Below are positions 15,977 through 20,615 of a stretch of DNA of 20,615 nucleotides, piece after piece. The number at the start of each line of letters is the position of its first letter. Within the stretch, counting starts at the first letter, position 1. The stretch spans positions 1 to 20,615 of the forward strand of contig JBGSVZ010000033.1 of assembly GCA_041752695.1 (NCBI GenBank), given 5' to 3'. This DNA comes from Terrimicrobiaceae bacterium (GTDB lineage Bacteria > Verrucomicrobiota > Verrucomicrobiia > Chthoniobacterales > Terrimicrobiaceae). Made by a program: the position numbers and the translations under genes. Below the pieces are notes generated by a model. That model worked only from the letters and a program-made list of their open reading frames with translations, ran no database searches and was not told the DNA's origin.

Positions 15977-16906
15977 CTATCGAGACCAACGCCGCCTGCG
16001 CAAAGCTCCGGCACTCAATCCGAGCAAGGCGAGAACCAAGACGGAAGGCTCTGGCACGGAAACCAAGGGGTCAAATGTTTGGTCCAAAGTAGATTCGTCA
16101 CCACCGCCAATCAGACTGAGATCACCATCAATTGCGGAGAAAACCCCGTTTGGCCCACTTCCGGTAAACGTCCTTGATTCCATCTGCAACCGAATCGAGC
16201 TGGTGTTTTCGAAATACAGAATAAACGCACCACTTGGATTATCCTCTGCAACGTCCGCTCCTGGTCCCGTAAAGAGATAAGAAATCGCGCCCTCATCGGT
16301 AACCGTAATGCCCGTTTGGCCGTCGGGAATCGTAAACAGCCGGTATCCGGAAAAACCGTCATCGTTAAAAACGCGCACAGATTCACTTTGGGCGGTTTCC
16401 CCATCCACGTCGTAAATAAGGAGTCGGAAACTCGGAACAACAAAGGCATCGTTTGTTCCTCCCACAAGGAAATCCATGGAGTAGGTGATGCCACCAGTGC
16501 GGAGCGGAGAGTCGCCAGCCAGATTTGAGCCTGCCGTAAACTCGTACAGGTATCCCAGATCCCCGTTTGGCTCAGTCACTCCATTGGCGACTTTGTAGCT
16601 AGGGAAAGAACCTAGAAACCCATATCGGGAACCATTGTCCCCAACGGTGATGCGAAGATCGACATTGGAACCGCTGTCAGGGGCCACATTGAGAAACGTA
16701 AAACTCCTATCCGTGGTATAGGAATCTTGAATCACATTGTTAGGTGCCGGTTGGTTAGGCTGCGGACTCGCCGTGTTTGTTCCGAAATCCAAGTCAAAAA
16801 ACTGACCCTGTGCCTGCAAAGCAAAACCGCAAAAACCCAAAAGTGCCATGGCGGCGAGCCTTAGGGAAGGTTGAGCCACCACCGATGCTGTATTTTGCAG
16901 ACTCAT
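15977..16906 (-). CDS. PEP-CTERM sorting-domain surface protein
   Basis: C-terminus VPEPSVLVLALLGLSAGALRRRRWSR (PEP motif, TM helix, basic tail). N-terminal signal-like segment RLAAMALLGFCGFALQAQG. The mature region is rich in Gly, Ser, Thr, Asp and Phe. The start is uncertain (ATG 16906 used). Confidence 0.9.
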   Translation of the reverse strand: MSLQNTASVVAQPSLRLAAMALLGFCGFALQAQGQFFDLDFGTNTASPQPNQPAPNNVIQDSYTTDRSFTFLNVAPDSGSNVDLRITVGDNGSRYGFLGSFPSYKVANGVTEPNGDLGYLYEFTAGSNLAGDSPLRTGGITYSMDFLVGGTNDAFVVPSFRLLIYDVDGETAQSESVRVFNDDGFSGYRLFTIPDGQTGITVTDEGAISYLFTGPGADVAEDNPSGAFILYFENTSSIRLQMESRTFTGSGPNGVFSAIDGDLSLIGGGDESTLDQTFDPLVSVPEPSVLVLALLGLSAGALRRRRWSR

Positions 16907-17064
16907 TTCGCGCACCGGGGAGCACCTACCGTGCAACCAGACGCATGTCAACCAACAAATTGGACGCGGGCGCGGCAGGTCATAGGAGGTCCGACCACGA
17001 CGCAGCGTCTGAGCTTCCGCCTGAGGCGACTACCTAAAATGCCGGAAGGAAACCGAGAACCCTT

Positions 17065-17090
17065 CCCGCCCCTTGCGGGCAAGGGGCGGG
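17065..17090. terminator. GC-rich hairpin downstream of the hsp20 pair (probable terminator or stabiliser)
   Basis: Perfect inverted repeat CCCGCCCCTTGC (17065-17076) / GCAAGGGGCGGG (17079-17090); the U-tract on the minus strand is weak. Confidence 0.5.
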
Positions 17091-17138
17091 GTTATTGAGG
17101 GACAGGCCGAAGGCCGCCGGCTCATTACGGATACCAAA

Positions 17139-17504
17139 TCAGGACACCGCGATCTTCCGCGGTTTGGCCGACTCGGATTTGCGCAACTGAACGGTGAGCA
17201 AACCCTGCTCGACGCTGGCGCTGATGGCGGCGGTGTCGATGCTGGGATCGAGGTCGAAGACGCGGCGGAATCCGCGGGCGTTGCGCTCGCGGTAGATCGC
17301 CTTGCCCTGTTCCTCGGCGGCACTGCGGTGGCCGACAATGACGAGTTTGCCGTCACCGGCGGTGATTTCGACGCCATCCTTGCCGACTCCCGGCATTTCG
17401 ACTTCGAGGGTGTATCCCTCGGCGTCCTGATGCAGGTTCACGCGGGGCGTGACGTATTCGACGCGACTGGCGGTGGCTGGGGCTTTTTCTGTGGTGGTGC
17501 TCAT
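17139..17504 (-). CDS. Hsp20/alpha-crystallin small heat shock protein (short N-terminus)
   Basis: YVTPRVNL.....GYTLEVEMPGVGKDGVEI....GKLVIVGHR...YRER..RGFRRVFDL...ID..AISASVEQGLLTVQLRK.E.AKPRKIAV. Confidence 0.94.
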   Translation of the reverse strand: MSTTTEKAPATASRVEYVTPRVNLHQDAEGYTLEVEMPGVGKDGVEITAGDGKLVIVGHRSAAEEQGKAIYRERNARGFRRVFDLDPSIDTAAISASVEQGLLTVQLRKSESAKPRKIAVS

Positions 17505-17525
17505 AGTGTTTTTCAGGGTGTATGG

Positions 17526-17981
17526 TCAGTTAAGTTCAACTTGGATTTTCCGCGGCTTGGCTTCCTCGGCTTTCGGCAGGGTGACGGTCAGAACGCCATC
17601 CTGATAAGCCGCCGTGACCTCGGCGGATTTCACCGGACCGGGCAGCGTGACACTCCGGCTGAAGGCGCCGAAAATGCGCTCACTGCGGAAGCTCTCGCCT
17701 TCGCGCTTTTCGCTCTCCGCCTTGCGCTCGCCGGAAATGGTGAGCACGTCGTCTTGCAGCGAAATGTCGAAGTCGTCCTTCTTCACGCCTGCGAGTTCGA
17801 GTTTCACGGTCACCGCGTCGGTGTCCTCATAAACGTCCAGCGCCGGCGACCAGCCCGCAGAAACTCCCGGAGCCGAGCCCGCCAATTGGAAGGCGGAATC
17901 CAGGAGCTCCCGCAGGGAGGAGAGACGGTCAAACGACGAGAACGGTGTCAATTCAGGGTTTTTGTATCTGATGATGCTCAT
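17526..17981 (-). CDS. Hsp20/alpha-crystallin small heat shock protein
   Basis: WSPALDVYED...VKLELAGVKKDDFDISLQDDVLTISGERK...SERIFGAFSRSVTLP..V....VTAAYQDGVLTVTLPKAEEAKPRKIQV. Confidence 0.96.
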   Translation of the reverse strand: MSIIRYKNPELTPFSSFDRLSSLRELLDSAFQLAGSAPGVSAGWSPALDVYEDTDAVTVKLELAGVKKDDFDISLQDDVLTISGERKAESEKREGESFRSERIFGAFSRSVTLPGPVKSAEVTAAYQDGVLTVTLPKAEEAKPRKIQVELN

Positions 17982-18010
17982 AGTGTGTGATTGGTGTTCA
18001 CAGACTCATC

Positions 18011-18026
18011 AGCTTGGAACATGCCA
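18011..18026 (-). promoter_or_regulatory. Putative sigma54 (-24/-12) promoter of the hsp20 operon
   Basis: Minus strand reads TGGCATGTTCCAAGCT, giving exact GG-N10-GC spacing against the consensus TGGCACG-N4-TTGCW (AA in place of TT). It lies 30 nt upstream of the ATG. Confidence 0.6.
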
Positions 18027-18101
18027 CGAACAGACGGATTTTCTATATCCCTCATGGTCAGTGGTTTATGAAACAACAACAAAACCCCAAGGCCGCTCTT
18101 C

Positions 18102-18162
18102 GCGCCATTACGGCGCTATTATCTCGGGCCTATGGGCGCGACATTTAGAGCCGTTATGGCAC
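18102..18162. promoter_or_regulatory. Putative enhancer (UAS) repeats for a sigma54 activator
   Basis: Palindrome GCGCC-ATTAC-GGCGC (18102-18116) followed by related 11-12 nt units, about 100-160 bp upstream of the predicted start site. Confidence 0.4.
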
Positions 18163-19179
18163 AGCCTGATCCAACACAGCCCCCATTGAGGCAGCGACGC
18201 CGGTGGCCATCTGAATGATTTGCCAACCGGTGTAGAGGACGATCACGAGATAGAGAATCTTCGGCGTCCAATCGCCAATGGCGTCGAGGCGCTGGAGCGT
18301 CCGCGTCTTAAAAATTTCGGCGGCGCGGGCGGTTTCTTCGTCCAGACGTCCGGCGTGTTCGCCGACTTCAATGGCGCGCTCCAGCGTTTCCGGGAGGCGG
18401 CCCTGTTGGCGAAATGCCTCGGCCAGTCCCTGTCCGCGCTCGCGCACCCCGGCGAGAGCCCCCTCGCTGGCCTTGCGCAGAATGGCATTGCCACAACAGC
18501 GGCCGGCGGATTCCACCGCATTGAGCAGACCGCCTCCCGCCCGCACGTAGAGGGAAAGCACGGAGGTGTATTTCCAAGCGGTCCAATCTGCGAGAAACCC
18601 TCCGAAAACCGGCACAACCAGAATCACACGCGCGGCGGCGGCGTTATGGCCGACAAGGTTGCGAATGAGGCCCCAGGCCAGCAGGCAGAGGAAACCCACA
18701 AGATAGATCCCAAGAAGCACGGGCAGAACGTTTTTCCAATACGTGCTCCATCCGCCCTCAATGATGGCCTTGGGAATGGCGAGGAGGAAAACGCCGAGGT
18801 GCAGGACGATTATCGGATAAAGCGATTTGGCAAAAATCTGTCGGCGGGCGGCCGCGACCTGGGTGTAGTATTGCTCCAGCTCCAGATAAACTTGCTCGAG
18901 TCGTCCGGTGGCTTCCCCGGCCTCGATCACGGCGGCGTCGCTGTCGGAGAATTTCGCCGAACGGAACGCCTCACTCACCGAACCCGACGCCTGCAGGCCG
19001 TGAACCAACTTCCGGGCGCATTCCGCAATCCCGCCGCCGGGTTTGCGGGCCATAATCTCCAGCGAGCGGACGATGGGGAGACCGCTGCGCGCCAGTTGAT
19101 TCAGTTCATGGAAAAGCTGGGCGTTCTGACGGGCCGTCATGCGAGCTCGAGCTTCCGCCGAAAAGCGGGAAAAGTCCAT
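18154..19179 (-). CDS. Type II secretion F / PilC family inner-membrane platform protein
   Basis: Two GspF repeats: FHELNQLARSGLPIVRSL...IEAGEATGRLE...SLYPIIV and LYVRAGG.L..A...G.GLAEAF...LP......IEVGEHAGRLDE. Three TM segments. ATG 19140 is an alternative start. Confidence 0.9.
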   Translation of the reverse strand: MDFSRFSAEARARMTARQNAQLFHELNQLARSGLPIVRSLEIMARKPGGGIAECARKLVHGLQASGSVSEAFRSAKFSDSDAAVIEAGEATGRLEQVYLELEQYYTQVAAARRQIFAKSLYPIIVLHLGVFLLAIPKAIIEGGWSTYWKNVLPVLLGIYLVGFLCLLAWGLIRNLVGHNAAAARVILVVPVFGGFLADWTAWKYTSVLSLYVRAGGGLLNAVESAGRCCGNAILRKASEGALAGVRERGQGLAEAFRQQGRLPETLERAIEVGEHAGRLDEETARAAEIFKTRTLQRLDAIGDWTPKILYLVIVLYTGWQIIQMATGVAASMGAVLDQAVP

Positions 19180-19232
19180 CTTGAGGATGTTTTTCCATTG
19201 AAGGCGGCCCCCAAAACTTCGAGCGTGCCCGG

Positions 19233-20252
19233 ATGGATGAAACCTTCATGCGGGAGGCCCTGGCAGAAGCGCGGAAGGGCCTCGGTTTTACCCACCCCAA
19301 CCCCGCAGTCGGCGCGGTGATTGTCCGTGGCAAGCGCATCGTGGCCCGCGGTTGGCACAGGGCGGCGGGTGACCCGCATGCGGAGGTTGCCGCCATCCGG
19401 AACGCCGCACAGACCCAGGGAGCGACACTTTACGTGACATTGGAGCCGTGTTCGACCCACGGCAAAACCCCGCCCTGCACGGAGGCCATCATTGCGGCGG
19501 GTTTTTCGCGGGTGGTGTATGGGGCGACCGATCCGAATCCCCGGCATGTCGGACGCGCGAAACGTTTGCTGGAAACGGCCGGGATCCCGGTAACCGAAGG
19601 TGTGCTCTCCGCGGAATGCGCTTCGCTGAATGCCGGCTGGAACAAATGGATCGCCACGGGCCGCCCCTACGTGATTGCGAAGGCCGGGATGAGCCTGGAT
19701 GGACGCATTAATTCCCCGCCGGAGCATCGCTGGCTGACCTCTCCGGCCTCCCGCCGCGATGCGATGAAACTGCGCGCACAGGTGCAGGCCATTCTGGTCG
19801 GTGGGGAAACGGTTCGTGTCGATGACCCCCAACTCACCATCCGCGGCGTGCGGCATCGCGAACAACCGCTCCGGGTCGTCTGGAGCAGGTCCGGCCAGTT
19901 GCCCCCCGGCGCCAAACTTTTCACCGATGAATTCCGGGACCGGACAGTGGTCTTCGCGAACCGCAGCCTGCGGTCCGTCCTGGGGGAACTTGGCCAACGC
20001 GGCGTTGCGAGCGTCCTGATCGAGGGCGGGGCGCGGCTGCTTGGGGAAGCGTTTGACCGGGGATTGGTGGATGAGGTAAATTTTTACCTGGCCCCTCTTC
20101 TCATCGGCGGCCCCGTTCCTGTCACCGGAGGTCGGGGAGCCGGATCCAACGAGCAAGGGATTCGTCTGGAAAATCCGACCTACCGCCGCATCGGTCCCGA
20201 CGTAAAGTTGTCGGCCAACGTCGGGCAACGAGCCACGAACAAGGCTCTTTGA
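19233..20252 (+). CDS. ribD: Bifunctional riboflavin biosynthesis deaminase/reductase RibD
   Basis: Deaminase motifs THPNPAVGAVIV, PHAEV and YVTLEPCSTHGKTPPC (Zn ligands). Reductase motifs KAGMSLDGRI, AILVGGETVRVDDPQLT, SVLIEGG and LVDEV.FYLAP.LIGG. Confidence 0.97.
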   Translation: MDETFMREALAEARKGLGFTHPNPAVGAVIVRGKRIVARGWHRAAGDPHAEVAAIRNAAQTQGATLYVTLEPCSTHGKTPPCTEAIIAAGFSRVVYGATDPNPRHVGRAKRLLETAGIPVTEGVLSAECASLNAGWNKWIATGRPYVIAKAGMSLDGRINSPPEHRWLTSPASRRDAMKLRAQVQAILVGGETVRVDDPQLTIRGVRHREQPLRVVWSRSGQLPPGAKLFTDEFRDRTVVFANRSLRSVLGELGQRGVASVLIEGGARLLGEAFDRGLVDEVNFYLAPLLIGGPVPVTGGRGAGSNEQGIRLENPTYRRIGPDVKLSANVGQRATNKAL

Positions 20253-20358
20253 CCGGTTCGCAAATTGTTGGAGTCCAGCCTTTAGGCTGTTTCGACGAAG
20301 CACAGGCTAAAGCCTGGACTCCAGCCACTGCCACTCCGCCGCGAAGCAGCCCAATGCC

Positions 20359-20615
20359 CTAAAAATTGATGGGTTCCGGGGTCGGAGCCTGGATGGCCGG
20401 GGCGTCCACCGGAGAGTCCAGAGGCGTGACGGCCTCGGCTTTGCGCACTTCGGGTTCCGGCGTGGGAGCGGCCGACTCGGCTTGCTTGGGGGCGGCCTCG
20501 GCGACCGGCACCGGCGCGGGCTCGCCCTCCGGTACGGGCGCAACCGGCGGCAATTCCGGCTCCTGAGTGACGGCAATTGCCGTGGCGACGGGACTATCAT
20601 CGAACCGCGCGGCAG
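20359..20615 (-). CDS. 3' end of a gene truncated by the window edge; Pro/Ala/Glu-rich tail
   Basis: The frame is open from the window edge: AARFDDSPVATAIAVTQEPELPPVAPVPEGEPAPVPVAEAAPKQ...EVRKAEAVTPLDSPVDAPAIQAPTPEPINF*. The product cannot be identified from this tail alone. Confidence 0.65.
   Translation of the reverse strand, partial: AARFDDSPVATAIAVTQEPELPPVAPVPEGEPAPVPVAEAAPKQAESAAPTPEPEVRKAEAVTPLDSPVDAPAIQAPTPEPINF

Noticed and set aside
20359..20615. Assigning the Pro-rich tail to a penicillin-binding protein or TonB-like protein
   Set aside because: Only a low-complexity tail is visible and no catalytic domain lies in the window.
1..20615. CRISPR array, tRNA/rRNA, IS element, integrase, prophage or anti-phage defence genes
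   Set aside because: I saw no regularly spaced repeats, cloverleaf structures, transposase or integrase motifs, or defence-type domains.

Overview
GC-rich bacterial chromosomal window with no rRNA, tRNA, CRISPR array or recognisable mobile element. A Verrucomicrobiota origin is inferred from the PEP-CTERM protein, the A/C-rich leaders lacking Shine-Dalgarno sites and the gene style. From left to right: (1) a general-stress cluster (DUF2188, YciF/DUF892 ferritin-like, YflT-like Gly-zipper membrane protein, BON-domain protein); (2) divergently, a fused circularly permuted ATP-grasp + alpha-E gene coupled to a transglutaminase, a predicted peptide-ligation system of unknown substrate; (3) an exported rhodanese; (4) an RND permease + adaptor pair with no outer-membrane factor, divergent from an OmpR-family two-component system with phased repeats between them; (5) an operon encoding a TrmA/RlmD-family methyltransferase, an aldo/keto reductase and an unusual membrane-anchored 12-Cys zinc-finger protein; (6) a low-GC PEP-CTERM surface protein; (7) two Hsp20 genes behind a sigma54-type promoter with enhancer-like repeats; (8) an orphan GspF/PilC, ribD, and the Pro-rich 3' end of a gene running off the window. 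The best leads are the ATP-grasp/alpha-E/transglutaminase module beside the stress cluster, the 12-Cys zinc-finger protein and the sigma54 architecture of the hsp20 promoter. All family calls come from motif recognition by eye; no database searches were run.
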